A stretch of DNA of 32,000 bases, taken from NCBI RefSeq assembly GCF_000354175.2, contig NC_022349.1, positions 3,210,001 to 3,242,000 on the forward strand, in the 5' to 3' direction. Under the pieces are notes generated by a model that was not told where the DNA came from, ran no database searches, and worked only from the letters and a program-made list of their open reading frames with translations. This stretch comes from Vibrio alginolyticus NBRC 15630 = ATCC 17749 (GTDB lineage: Bacteria > Pseudomonadota > Gammaproteobacteria > Enterobacterales > Vibrionaceae). The position numbers were made by a program, and so were the translations under genes. Below are positions 19,394-28,299 of this stretch, piece by piece (within the stretch, counting starts at the first letter, position 1; each line of letters starts with the position of its first letter).

Positions 19394-20530
19394 TTAATTT
19401 TGCTCGTATTGTCCGTTAACAACCGTCGCTTTTACTTTAAAGTCACGATCGAAAATAGTCAGGTTTGCAACCATCCCTTTTCGAACTCGGCCAAGGCGAT
19501 CCTCAACACCAATTGCTGTTGCTGGGTATAACGTGGCCATTCGTAGAGCTTCGTCTAAAGCGATCCCCGCGTGCTCAACTGAATTCTGAACTGCTTCAAT
19601 CATTGTCAAAGCTGAGCCGCCTAGCGTGCCATTTTCATCAACACACTTACCATCTCGGTAATATACTTTCTTACCGACAAAAATAAAGTGATCAATGTTA
19701 GCACCTGCTGGAGCTGTGGCATCCGTCACCAAAACAAGCTTTTCACCTTTGATTTTATGAGCAATTCGGATGTTTGCGTAGTCGACGTGAAAACCATCAG
19801 CAATAATGCCAGCATAAACGTCAGGAGTATCGTAAATTGCACCAACAACTCCTGGTTCACGACCAACCATTGGTGTCATTGCATTAAAGAGGTGTGTAGC
19901 AAAAGTAATGCCTGCTTCAAAGCTTTTACGTGCTTCGGCGTAGGTTGCATTTGTGTGGCCAATTGAAACCACGATGCCAGCAGCCTTTAATCGCGCAATA
20001 TGCTCTGGGTCGTTATGCTCAGGTGCTAGTGTTACTTTCGCTACGATATCGGCGTTTGCGCAGATAAGGTCGATCATGCTTTCGTCTGATGGGCGAATAA
20101 AATCGACGTTATGGATGCCTTTTTTCGCGACGTTAAGGTAAGGACCTTCGAGGTGTAAACCAAGCGATTGATTTTGATATTTGTTGTGGTACTCACGAGC
20201 TGCGGCAATTGCAGTTCGCATATCTTCATCAGATGATGTAATGAGTGTTGGCAGGAAGCTAGTACAGCCAGATTTGAGGTTTGCCTGGTGCATGATTTGC
20301 ATGGTTTCAGGGGTAATTGCATCGTTTAGCATTACACCGCCACAACCGTTCAACTGCAGATCGATAAAGCCTGGACTTAGATTAGCGCCTGCAAGGTCTT
20401 TTACTTCGATGCTTTGAGGTAGCTCAGAAACCGGCACAATAGATTGAATAAGATCGTTTTCGATGATGACCGCATGATCGGTAAGAACATCACTACCGGT
20501 ATAAATTTTACAGTTACTTAGCGCGTACAT
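19394..20530 (-). CDS. nagA: N-acetylglucosamine-6-phosphate deacetylase
   Basis: 378 aa amidohydrolase. [19 protein letters not shown] and GHTNAT motifs. Confidence 0.95.
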   Translation of the reverse strand: MYALSNCKIYTGSDVLTDHAVIIENDLIQSIVPVSELPQSIEVKDLAGANLSPGFIDLQLNGCGGVMLNDAITPETMQIMHQANLKSGCTSFLPTLITSSDEDMRTAIAAAREYHNKYQNQSLGLHLEGPYLNVAKKGIHNVDFIRPSDESMIDLICANADIVAKVTLAPEHNDPEHIARLKAAGIVVSIGHTNATYAEARKSFEAGITFATHLFNAMTPMVGREPGVVGAIYDTPDVYAGIIADGFHVDYANIRIAHKIKGEKLVLVTDATAPAGANIDHFIFVGKKVYYRDGKCVDENGTLGGSALTMIEAVQNSVEHAGIALDEALRMATLYPATAIGVEDRLGRVRKGMVANLTIFDRDFKVKATVVNGQYEQN

Positions 20531-20887
20531 AGTCAGCTAGTCCTTATAGATGAGAATTCAATTTCTATATCGTTATCTAAGTAGAGACTGCTTCAGTCAT
20601 ATGGGTACTTAGTTTGTATCACTGAATTAGATAACGAGTCACATACAGCAAGTCGCGTTTTATCGATGTTATTGTCATAGTAACTAACTGAAAAGTAATA
20701 ATTGTATGGTTTTTTATGATTCTTTTTCAGAGCAAAGTTACAGTGATTTACCCGCCTAGATACCAAAATAACACTGATTCTGCCTTGCATAAAGTGCGAG
20801 AATATTATCTTTAAAACGCCATTTTTTCGTATAATAAAATAAGTTTTATGATCTCGCTAGCAAAAACCTTCCGAAAGGGCAAATTGT

Positions 20888-20903
20888 GGTGATTATGATC
20901 ACA
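20888..20903. promoter_or_regulatory. Candidate CRP-binding site in the nagA/nagE divergent control region
   Basis: GGTGA-TTATGA-TCACA, compared with the consensus TGTGA-N6-TCACA (9 of 10 core positions). Confidence 0.55.
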
Positions 20904-20914
20904 AACGGTGAGCT

Positions 20915-20937
20915 TTTAATTTGCGGAGCAAAATTAA
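20915..20937. promoter_or_regulatory. Candidate NagC/Mlc-type 23-bp operator
   Basis: TTTAATTTGCG-G-AGCAAAATTAA. AT-rich palindromic arms (8 of 11 symmetric pairs) with GC near the centre. It lies 83 bp upstream of nagE and next to the CRP site, resembling the E. coli nagE-nagB region. Confidence 0.5.
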
Positions 20938-21019
20938 TATCATAAACTTAGGATGACTAAATTGGACGGCTGAAATAAGTCATTCAACATAACATCTAAT
21001 CCTATAGGGGGAACTTAAG

Positions 21020-22513
21020 GTGAACATTCTCGGATACTTCCAGAAGGTGGGTAAGGCGCTTATGGTGCCGGTTGCCACACTTCCTGCAGCAGCAATACTC
21101 ATGGGTATTGGCTACTGGATCGACCCAAATGGCTGGGGCGCAAACAGTGCACTTGCTGCATTTCTTATTAAAGCTGGTGCAGCGATCATTGACAACATGT
21201 CAGTATTGTTCGCTGTTGGTGTTGCTTATGGAATGTCTAAAGACAAAGATGGCGCCGCTGCACTTTCAGGCTTCGTGGGCTTCTTAGTTGTCACAACGCT
21301 TTTGGCCCCTGGTGCAGTATCACAAATTCAAGGCATTGACCCAAGTGAAGTACCTGCTGCATTTGGTAAAATCAATAACCAGTTCGTCGGTATCTTGGTT
21401 GGTATTGTTTCTGCTGAGTTGTACAACCGTTTTTCTCACGTAGAGCTGCACAAAGCACTGGCGTTTTTCTCTGGCAAGCGTCTTGTACCTATCCTAACGT
21501 CTTTTGCTGGTATCGTTATTGCGTTCATCCTGATGTACGTTTGGCCATCAGTTTACGGCGGTCTGGTAAGTTTTGGTGAAAGCATTCAAGGTATGGGTGA
21601 AGCAGGTGCAGGTGTTTACGCATTCTTCAACCGTCTTCTAATTCCTGTTGGTCTGCACCATGCACTAAACTCAGTGTTCTGGTTTGATGTCGCTGGTATT
21701 AATGACATTCCAAACTTCCTTGGCGGTGCGAAATCATTAGCTGAAGGCACGGCAACGGTAGGTGTTACGGGGATGTACCAAGCGGGCTTCTTCCCAATCA
21801 TGATGTTTGGTTTACCAGGCGCTGCTCTAGCGATGTACCATACTGCGAAATCAAAGAATAAAGAGAAAGTGGCATCTATCATGATTGCAGCTGCGTTTGC
21901 TTCATTCTTTACAGGTGTAACAGAACCACTTGAATTTGCATTCATGTTCCTTGCTCCAGGACTGTACGTTCTTCACGCAGCGCTGACTGGTCTATCAGTT
22001 TATATCGCGGCATCAATGCAGTGGATTGCAGGTTTCGGTTTCTCTGCTGGTTTAGTCGACTTAGTATTGTCGACTCGTAACCCGCTAGCGGTAAACTGGT
22101 ACATGCTCATTGTACAAGGTCTTGGTTTCTTTGCGGTTTACTACTTCGTGTTCCGTACCGTGATTGTTAAGTTTGGCCTTAAAACACCGGGACGTGAAGA
22201 TGATGAAGAAGCTTCATCTAACGTGGCTGGATCAAGCAATTCTTCAGAGCTTGCTCGTCAGTACTTGAAAGCACTTGGCGGTCATGACAACCTAAGTTCT
22301 ATCGATGCCTGTATTACTCGTTTGCGCCTTTCTGTGAAAGATATGAGCGTTATCAATGAGAAAACTCTGAAAGATCTTGGAGCTATGGGAGTTGTGAAGC
22401 TAGGTACAAACAACCTACAAGTTATTCTTGGTCCACTAGCAGAGATTGTTGCTGGTGAGATGAAGAATGTATCTAAAGATGAAGACTTAAGTGGTGTTCA
22501 GCTACCAGCTTAA
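21020..22513 (+). CDS. nagE: PTS N-acetylglucosamine-specific EIICB component (no fused EIIA)
   Basis: 497 aa. The EIIC body reads MNILGYFQKVGKALMVPVATLPAAAILMGIG. The C-terminal EIIB has NLSSIDACITRLRLSV (active-site Cys). GTG start. Confidence 0.9.
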   Translation: MNILGYFQKVGKALMVPVATLPAAAILMGIGYWIDPNGWGANSALAAFLIKAGAAIIDNMSVLFAVGVAYGMSKDKDGAAALSGFVGFLVVTTLLAPGAVSQIQGIDPSEVPAAFGKINNQFVGILVGIVSAELYNRFSHVELHKALAFFSGKRLVPILTSFAGIVIAFILMYVWPSVYGGLVSFGESIQGMGEAGAGVYAFFNRLLIPVGLHHALNSVFWFDVAGINDIPNFLGGAKSLAEGTATVGVTGMYQAGFFPIMMFGLPGAALAMYHTAKSKNKEKVASIMIAAAFASFFTGVTEPLEFAFMFLAPGLYVLHAALTGLSVYIAASMQWIAGFGFSAGLVDLVLSTRNPLAVNWYMLIVQGLGFFAVYYFVFRTVIVKFGLKTPGREDDEEASSNVAGSSNSSELARQYLKALGGHDNLSSIDACITRLRLSVKDMSVINEKTLKDLGAMGVVKLGTNNLQVILGPLAEIVAGEMKNVSKDEDLSGVQLPA

Positions 22514-22576
22514 CTGTTTAATAGTGGTGTGATTGTTTGTTATTGGTATTGCAAACAATTGATACTACAACATCGC

Positions 22577-22604
22577 AAAAGGCCTCCGCAGGAGGCCTTT
22601 TTTC
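22577..22604 (+). terminator. Rho-independent terminator of nagE
   Basis: AAAAGGCCTCC-GCA-GGAGGCCTTTTTT. Confidence 0.8.
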
Positions 22605-22789
22605 GTTTAGGCCCTTTGAATCTGCTTTGCTTTCACGCTAACTCGATAAATATTGTCGTTTTAGAGCGAGTTCTTGTTGTCTAATTGCTTAGAATTGTGG
22701 ATCATTAGGAACAATGTACTCTGTGAAACCATACTTGGATACAGGGTTCCGTTTTCTCTGACAATACTAATATTTTTGAGGTGCTATAG

Positions 22790-24460
22790 ATGAGTGAAGC
22801 TGATGCTCGTCCATCAAACTTTATTCGCCAGATCATTGATAAAGATCTAGCGGATGGTAAACACACTAGCGTGCATACTCGATTCCCGCCGGAGCCAAAT
22901 GGCTACCTGCATATCGGTCATGCTAAGTCTATCTGTTTGAACTTCGGTATTGCTCAGGACTACCAGGGTCAATGTAATCTGCGTTTCGACGATACAAACC
23001 CTGAAAAAGAAGACATCGAATACGTTGAGTCTATCAAGAAAGATGTAAACTGGTTGGGCTTTGAGTGGAGTGGTGAAGTATGTTACTCATCAAACTACTT
23101 CGATAAGCTTTACGAATATGCAATTGAATTGATTAACAAAGGCTTAGCGTACGTAGATGAGCTAAGTCCAGAGCAAATTCGTGAATACCGCGGCACACTA
23201 AAGGCGCCAGGTAAACCAAGTCCATACCGTGACCGTTCTGTTGAAGAGAACTTGGCGTTGTTTGAAAAAATGCGCGCTGGTGAATTTGAAGAAGGTAAAG
23301 CGTGTCTTCGTGCTAAAATCGACATGGGTTCTTCATTCATGGTCATGCGCGATCCAGTTTTATACCGTGTGCGTTTTGCTACGCACCACCAAACTGGTGA
23401 TAAGTGGTGCATTTACCCAATGTACGACTTTACGCACTGTATTTCTGATGCATTAGAAGGCATTACGCACTCTATTTGTACGCTTGAATTCATGGATAAC
23501 CGTCGTCTGTACGATTGGGTTCTAGACAACATCACGATCGAAAGCCGTCCACATCAATACGAGTTCAGTCGTTTAAACCTTGAATATACAGTGATGTCTA
23601 AGCGTAAGCTTAACCAGCTAGTTACTGAAAAACTGGTTAATGGTTGGGATGATCCACGTATGCCGACTGTCTCAGGTCTGCGTCGTCGTGGCTTCACACC
23701 TGCATCTATTCGTGAGTTTTGTAAGCGTATTGGTGTAACGAAGCAAGAAAATATGATCGAGTTTAGTTCATTAGAATCTTGTATTCGTGATGACCTAAAC
23801 GAGAACGCTCCGCGTGCAATGGCTGTACTGGATCCTGTTAAAGTTGTTATCGAAAACTTTGAAGCAGGCGCAGTAGAAAACTTGACAGTTGCCAACCACC
23901 CAAATAAACCAGAAATGGGCGTGCGTGAAGTGCCATTCACGCGTGAATTGTGGATTGAGCGTGAAGACTTCCGTGAAGAAGCGAACAAAAAGTACAAGCG
24001 TTTAGTGCTAGGTAAAGAAGTTCGTTTACGTGGTGCTTACGTGATCAAAGCTGAGCGCGTTGAGAAAGATGCCGAAGGCAACATCACAACGATCTTCTGT
24101 TCTTACGATGCAGATACGCTAGGTAAAAACCCAGCAGATGGTCGTAAAGTGAAAGGCGTTATTCATTGGGTGTCAGCTGATAAAGCTCTTCCAGCGGAAA
24201 TTCGCCTGTACGATCGTTTATTTACGGTGCCAAACCCAGGCGCAGCGGAAGATTTTGCTTCTACTATCAATCCTGAATCATTAGTTGTGATCAATGGCTT
24301 CGTCGAGCCTAGCCTAGCTTCTGCAGAAGCAGAAAAAGGTTACCAGTTTGAACGTATGGGTTACTTCTGTGCAGACTCGAAAGACTCTTCAGCAGATAAT
24401 CTAGTATTCAACCGCACGGTTGGTCTACGTGATACCTGGGCAAAAATTGAGAATCAATAA
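22790..24460 (+). CDS. glnS: Glutaminyl-tRNA synthetase
   Basis: 556 aa. [14 protein letters not shown] (HIGH) and VMSKRKL (KMSKS-type) class I motifs. The N-terminus [13 protein letters not shown] is typical of GlnRS. Confidence 0.97.
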   Translation: MSEADARPSNFIRQIIDKDLADGKHTSVHTRFPPEPNGYLHIGHAKSICLNFGIAQDYQGQCNLRFDDTNPEKEDIEYVESIKKDVNWLGFEWSGEVCYSSNYFDKLYEYAIELINKGLAYVDELSPEQIREYRGTLKAPGKPSPYRDRSVEENLALFEKMRAGEFEEGKACLRAKIDMGSSFMVMRDPVLYRVRFATHHQTGDKWCIYPMYDFTHCISDALEGITHSICTLEFMDNRRLYDWVLDNITIESRPHQYEFSRLNLEYTVMSKRKLNQLVTEKLVNGWDDPRMPTVSGLRRRGFTPASIREFCKRIGVTKQENMIEFSSLESCIRDDLNENAPRAMAVLDPVKVVIENFEAGAVENLTVANHPNKPEMGVREVPFTRELWIEREDFREEANKKYKRLVLGKEVRLRGAYVIKAERVEKDAEGNITTIFCSYDADTLGKNPADGRKVKGVIHWVSADKALPAEIRLYDRLFTVPNPGAAEDFASTINPESLVVINGFVEPSLASAEAEKGYQFERMGYFCADSKDSSADNLVFNRTVGLRDTWAKIENQ

Positions 24461-24484
24461 TCTCAATTAATGCTGAGAACGATG

Positions 24485-24514
24485 AAAAAATGCCAGCAAA
24501 CGCTGGCATTTTTT
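24485..24514 (+). terminator. Rho-independent terminator of glnS
   Basis: AAAAAATGCCAGC-AAAC-GCTGGCATTTTTT. Confidence 0.8.
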
Positions 24515-24634
24515 ATACCTAATCCCACAGAGTGCTATATAGATGTGCAAAACTGTGGAGAAAAAAGATGGGTGTTTAGTAGCTTTTGTTCTGTAACCAA
24601 AGTACTGACGTCTAAGGTACTGACTTCTAGAAAC

Positions 24635-24661
24635 AAAAAACGCCAGCATGTGCTGACGTTT
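24635..24661 (-). terminator. Rho-independent terminator of fur
   Basis: On the minus strand: AACGTCAGC-ACAT-GCTGGCGTT (one G-U pair) followed by TTTTTGTTT. Confidence 0.65.
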
Positions 24662-24682
24662 ACTTTTTAAATTAACAAACCC

Positions 24683-25132
24683 TTATTTTTTCGGTTTGTG
24701 TGCATCTGGATTGTCTTTACAACCACCATCGCTACACTTGCCGTACAAGTATAAGCTGTGGTTTGTTAGTGTGACATTGTACTTAGCTGCAATCTCTTTT
24801 TGACGTTCTTCAATAAGATCGTCAGAAAATTCAATTACCTCACCACAGTCTAGGCACACTAGGTGGTCGTGGTGATGTTGAGTCGATAATTCGAAGACTG
24901 ACTTTCCACCTTCAAAGTGGTGACGAGTTACAATACCAGCATCGTCGAACTGGTTTAGAACTCGGTAAACAGTTGCTAGGCCAATTTCTTCACCTAGATC
25001 AATCAACTTTTTGTACAAATCTTCAGCACTGATGTGCTGGCAGTCTGGCTGCTGAAGTACTTCTAGAATTTTTAGCCTCGGAAGGGTTACTTTTAAACCC
25101 GCATCCTTCAGCGCCTGATTATTATCTGACAT
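24683..25132 (-). CDS. fur: Ferric uptake regulator Fur
   Basis: 149 aa. LKDAGLKVTLPRLKILEVL...ISAEDLYKKL...GLATVYRVLNQFDDAGIV...HHHDHLVCLDCGEVIEF. The Fur family is unmistakable. Confidence 0.97.
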   Translation of the reverse strand: MSDNNQALKDAGLKVTLPRLKILEVLQQPDCQHISAEDLYKKLIDLGEEIGLATVYRVLNQFDDAGIVTRHHFEGGKSVFELSTQHHHDHLVCLDCGEVIEFSDDLIEERQKEIAAKYNVTLTNHSLYLYGKCSDGGCKDNPDAHKPKK

Positions 25133-25246
25133 ATACTTTCCCGTTGGATCATCTGCAGCGATTTAACAGAATTCAATCTTCCTACCATTATAGGATAAGC
25201 GTTCGGAACATTAAACCACGAACTTCAAAGGGTTAATAGAATCTTT

Positions 25247-25275
25247 TTGTAAATTAGAAACAGGTCCATTATATT
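25247..25275 (+). promoter_or_regulatory. Candidate sigma70 promoter for the DUF4442 gene
   Basis: TTGTAA (25247-25252), a 17-nt spacer, then TATATT (25270-25275). Confidence 0.4.
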
Positions 25276-25332
25276 ACAGCTCTGACCAGTTACAATTGTG
25301 TAACATTAAGCTTGGAGAGGGCAGGGATAGCG

Positions 25333-25836
25333 ATGAATAGGCGACTAGCGAAGATATACAAACCAGGAATTGTAAAGTTCGCACTCAATATTTGGCCTCC
25401 TTTTTGGGGGGCGGGTATTAAAATCTTACATATTTCTCAAGACTTCCGTACTGTAAAGGTACGTTTAAAGCTTCGCTGGTGGAATAAAAATGCCAATCGC
25501 ACCCAATATGGCGGCAGTATTTTCTCTTTAACTGATCCTATTTACTCGTTGATGCTGATGGGGATTCTACGAGAGGAATATTATGTGTGGGATAAAGAGG
25601 CAAGCATTAACTTTATTAAGCCGGGGCAAAGTGATTTGTTTGCAGAATTTGAGGTCACTGAAGGGATGCTGGAAAACATTTATCAAATGACACGGAATGG
25701 AGAAAAGTGTTTTCCTGAGTTTATTATTCATGTAAAAGATAAACAGGGGAATGTGGTTTCAGAGGTTCAACGCAAGCTTTATGTAAGAAAGAAACCTCAG
25801 TATCGCGAAGAGGAAGTACTTACCGATGCTGTGTGA
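25333..25836 (+). CDS. DUF4442 / hot-dog-fold thioesterase-like protein
   Basis: LNIWPPFWGAGIKILHISQDFRTVKVRLKLRWWNKNANRTQYGGSIFSLTDPIYSLML matches my recollection of the DUF4442 (tetrameric acyl-CoA thioesterase-like) family. I took the ATG at 25333, which follows GGAGAGGGCAGGGA, over the TTG at 25312. Confidence 0.65.
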   Translation: MNRRLAKIYKPGIVKFALNIWPPFWGAGIKILHISQDFRTVKVRLKLRWWNKNANRTQYGGSIFSLTDPIYSLMLMGILREEYYVWDKEASINFIKPGQSDLFAEFEVTEGMLENIYQMTRNGEKCFPEFIIHVKDKQGNVVSEVQRKLYVRKKPQYREEEVLTDAV

Positions 25837-25846
25837 CAATACATAC

Positions 25847-25872
25847 AAAAAGACCTCCAAGTGGAGGTCTTT
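25847..25872. terminator. Bidirectional terminator between the DUF4442 gene and fldA
   Basis: AAAGACCTCC-AAGT-GGAGGTCTTT between convergent genes. Confidence 0.7.
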
Positions 25873-25888
25873 GCATCATTCAATTTGA

Positions 25889-26422
25889 TTAGCCTTCTAG
25901 CTCCGCTAAACACATCTCTTCATAGATCTGTTTAACCCAGCTTTCAACACGCTCGTCAGTCAATTCTGGTTGGCGGTCTTCATCAATACATAGACCTACG
26001 AATTGGCTTTCGTCACCTTCAACAAGTGCTTTAGACGCTTCAAATTCGTAGCCTTCTGTCGAGGTATGGCCAAGAATTGTGCCGCCTTTAGATTCAACGA
26101 TATCACGGACTGTGCCCATCGCGTCACAGAAGTATTCTGCGTAGTCTTCTTGGTCGCCACAGCCAAAGATAGCCACTAGCTTAGTAGAGAAGTCGATTTG
26201 CTCAAGCTCAGGGAAGAAGTCATCCCAATCACATTGTGCTTCGCCGTAGTACCAAGTTGGGATACCTAGAAGAAGAAGATCGAAGTTATCAATGTCTTCT
26301 TTGCTGCTTTTCGCGATGTCTTGAACGTGAACTAGATGTTTACCTAGTTGCTTTTGAATCATCTTTGCAACGGCTTCAGTATTACCTGTGTCGCTACCGA
26401 AGAAGATACCTACACTTGCCAT
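25889..26422 (-). CDS. fldA: Flavodoxin I (long-chain)
   Basis: 177 aa. GIFFGSDTGNTE FMN-phosphate loop and a WYYGE motif. It is adjacent to fur, as in E. coli. Confidence 0.93.
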   Translation of the reverse strand: MASVGIFFGSDTGNTEAVAKMIQKQLGKHLVHVQDIAKSSKEDIDNFDLLLLGIPTWYYGEAQCDWDDFFPELEQIDFSTKLVAIFGCGDQEDYAEYFCDAMGTVRDIVESKGGTILGHTSTEGYEFEASKALVEGDESQFVGLCIDEDRQPELTDERVESWVKQIYEEMCLAELEG

Positions 26423-26470
26423 AGAGTCTATACCTTTACATTGTTTGTTATTGGCGATGTTACTAAGGGT

Positions 26471-26692
26471 TTAACCTAACCCTGAGCCTTCCCAAGTTAG
26501 CTGAATTACACCTTTTGCAATAAAGCCAGCACAGCCTAGGAAAAGGACTAACCACACAATACGACGACCAAAAACAGGTACATTGCCTTGCTTTAGCACA
26601 TCTTTTATCGCCATCCCGATGAAAAAAAAGATAGCAGCAAAAAGAAGATCGAGCCCAATAGACTCGAGCATATCCATATAGTCGTAAAGCAT
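26471..26692 (-). CDS. DUF2788-like small membrane protein
   Basis: 73 aa with two hydrophobic helices. GNVPVFGRRIVWLVLFLGCAGFIAKGVIQ resembles the DUF2788 family. It lies between ybfF and fldA. Confidence 0.6.
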   Translation of the reverse strand: MLYDYMDMLESIGLDLLFAAIFFFIGMAIKDVLKQGNVPVFGRRIVWLVLFLGCAGFIAKGVIQLTWEGSGLG

Positions 26693-26804
26693 TTTAGCCC
26701 TTCATGCCGAAAAATCTTGGGCGCACTATACCACTGTTAAACGGTAAAGTTAATGCACTACAAGAAGGGTTATTTCAATAATCTAGTGTTGCTTTTCGAA
26801 TTTG

Positions 26805-27572
26805 TTAACTCGAAATGTATTTTCGAATGACTCTCATTACTTCTGTCGGTTTCTCGGCGTGTAACCAGTGACCAGTGCCAGCGATAATGTGTGCTTTAGC
26901 ATGGTTAAATTGTCGCTTCACTGCCGGCTGATGTTCTGGCATTAAGTAGTCAGAGTCGCCGCCTTTGATAAATAAAGTTGGGATATCTGTTGGTGTGATT
27001 TCTTGCCAGCCAATAATTTGGTCATAATTCTCAAAAAGGCTCGGTACGTTAAACCGCCAATCCATCTTATCGCCATTTTTGTACAGTGATTTAGAGAGAA
27101 ATTGTCTTACACCATCGAGTTCAATATGTTGAGCTAGGATATCCATGGCTTGCTGTCGATTTGCTGGTTTTTCATTAATAACAGCATGTAAGCCGTTAAA
27201 AACATTATCGTGACGGTTCGTAGTGTAGGCTACAGGCGCCATGTCGAGAACGACTAACTGCTTGACTACATTTGGCGCAATGTCCACAAGAGCCATCGCG
27301 ACTTTTCCGCCCATGGAGTGACCAATAACAATAGATGGCTCAACGTTTAAGTGCTGAAGGAGCTGAGCCACATCTTTTGCCATATCGGTATAGTTATGGA
27401 CTTCGGAGTGGAAAGAGAGGCCGTGATTTCTCAGATCAATACTGATCACCGTGTGATCTTTAATAAGATCGCGGGCGAGTAGACCCAGATTACTTAAACT
27501 ACCAAACAATCCGTGAATCAAAACAACTGTTTGGCCTTGGCCTTCCTGCTTATAGTTGAGTAATGCTGACAT
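26805..27572 (-). CDS. ybfF: YbfF-type alpha/beta-hydrolase (acyl-CoA esterase)
   Basis: 255 aa. The HGLFGS oxyanion region, GHSMGG nucleophile elbow and C-terminal GHW(L)H are present. It is divergent from seqA, as in E. coli. Confidence 0.85.
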   Translation of the reverse strand: MSALLNYKQEGQGQTVVLIHGLFGSLSNLGLLARDLIKDHTVISIDLRNHGLSFHSEVHNYTDMAKDVAQLLQHLNVEPSIVIGHSMGGKVAMALVDIAPNVVKQLVVLDMAPVAYTTNRHDNVFNGLHAVINEKPANRQQAMDILAQHIELDGVRQFLSKSLYKNGDKMDWRFNVPSLFENYDQIIGWQEITPTDIPTLFIKGGDSDYLMPEHQPAVKRQFNHAKAHIIAGTGHWLHAEKPTEVMRVIRKYISS

Positions 27573-27664
27573 TTTATCTTATTCGTGATGGGTTTAACGT
27601 GGAGTATCCGCGTGGATCTCGTTATAATCCCCCAGAGTTTAAACATTGAGAATGTGAAAAGCGA

Positions 27665-28207
27665 ATGAAAACAATTGAGGTTGATGAGGATCTATACCGT
27701 TATATAGCTAGTCAAACTAAGCATATCGGTGAAAGCGCCTCGGATATTTTGCGACGCCTTTTAAACCTTGATGGTCAGTTGCAGGAAGCTAAAGCCGCGC
27801 CTGTAGTAGAGAAGCCACAAGGGATTGTAGTAAGTAAAGATGCGGGTAAAACGGAATCTGTTGATGTAGTGAAAGAAATGCGTTCGCTGCTTATTTCTGA
27901 TGAGTTTGCCGGTCTAAAAAAAGCGATTGATCGCTTTATGTTGGTATTATCGACCTTACATAAATTGAATCCAGAAGGTTTCGCCCAGGCTACGAATGTA
28001 AAAGGACGCAAACGCGTGTACTTTGCAGATAATGAAGAAACCTTGCTAGCAAACGGTAATACGACCAAGCCAAAAGCCATTCCTGGCACACCGTTTTGGG
28101 TTATCACGAATAACAATACAAGTCGTAAAAGACAGATGGTTGAACAAGTGATGGCACACATGGGGTTCCAACCTGACTTAATAGAAAAAGTAACAGGTTC
28201 AATCTAA
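27665..28207 (+). CDS. seqA: SeqA, negative modulator of replication initiation (binds hemimethylated GATC)
   Basis: MKTIEVDEDLYRYIASQTKHIGESASDILRRLL is the typical SeqA N-terminus. The C-terminal domain reads TPFWVITNNNTSRKRQM. Confidence 0.93.
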   Translation: MKTIEVDEDLYRYIASQTKHIGESASDILRRLLNLDGQLQEAKAAPVVEKPQGIVVSKDAGKTESVDVVKEMRSLLISDEFAGLKKAIDRFMLVLSTLHKLNPEGFAQATNVKGRKRVYFADNEETLLANGNTTKPKAIPGTPFWVITNNNTSRKRQMVEQVMAHMGFQPDLIEKVTGSI

Positions 28208-28219
28208 GAAACCTGATAG

Positions 28220-28266
28220 AAGCCTCATAATGCGTCGCAGTGAGCGGATATTATGAGGCTTTTTTA
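28220..28266 (+). terminator. Strong hairpin with a T-run between seqA and pgm (terminator or attenuator)
   Basis: AAGCCTCATAAT (28220-28231) pairs perfectly with ATTATGAGGCTT (28250-28261). The loop is 18 nt and TTTTT follows. Confidence 0.65.
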
Positions 28267-28299
28267 ATTTTATTTGTATTGAAAGAAAGGATGTCAAAC

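Noticed and set aside
20571-20636. A 10-bp perfect inverted repeat (CGTTATCTAA / TTAGATAACG) separated by 46 nt in the presumed nagA 5' leader, with a small inner hairpin (GACTG-CTT-CAGTC).
   Set aside because: The same chance-expectation argument applies as for the adk leader. No T-run follows and no known motif is present. It could be a structured leader or paired protein half-sites, but sequence alone does not support that.
20593-20790. A 65-aa minus-strand ORF inside the nagA-nagE intergenic region.
   Set aside because: It lies in the AT-rich divergent promoter region, has no SD, and is Asn/Tyr/Lys-rich with low complexity. The region is better explained as regulatory DNA.
22708-22760. 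Nested weak hairpin (GGAAC...TGTA...CCA-TACT-TGG...TACA...GTTCC) followed by GTTTTCTCT, 30 nt upstream of glnS, considered as a possible attenuator.
   Set aside because: The stems are only 3-5 bp with interruptions. No leader peptide or T-box features are present, and no attenuation mechanism is known for gammaproteobacterial glnS. It is probably chance structure.
23554-23997. A 147-aa ORF antisense to glnS, and similar long antisense or out-of-frame ORFs: 14616-15050 and 14830-15199 in asnB; 18605-18970 and 18627-18941 in nagC; 19465-20417 in nagA; 28466-29840 in pgm; 8382-9272 in htpG; 12548-13056 in the POT gene; 6929-7282 over toxS/toxR.
   Set aside because: Each lies entirely inside a strongly supported conserved gene. 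None has a recognisable SD or domain motif, and all have Ser/Arg/Leu-rich compositions typical of frames opposite real genes. I treat them as shadow ORFs.
24467-24670. Two ORFs of 60 and 66 aa on opposite strands in the glnS-fur spacer.
   Set aside because: They run through two terminator hairpins and a tandem repeat, which produces the VLTSKVLTS artefact. Neither has an SD. The region is reported as a structured non-coding spacer instead.
25133-25311. A search for a Fur box (GATAATGATAATCATTATC-like) and a clear promoter upstream of fur.
   Set aside because: I found only a minus-strand TATAAT at 25187-25192 with a poor -35, and no convincing 19-bp Fur-box match. No autoregulatory site is claimed.
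28240-28299. N-terminal extensions suggested by the ORF track: pgm from GTG 28240, DUF1853 from 30922, rfaH from TTG 13980, ybgI from TTG 31001, DUF4442 from TTG 25312, DUF1538-A from TTG 2117, and yfcH from 1925.
   Set aside because: In each case an internal ATG with a better SD matches the conserved family N-terminus. For pgm, the extension also runs through a terminator hairpin. Shorter starts were adopted.
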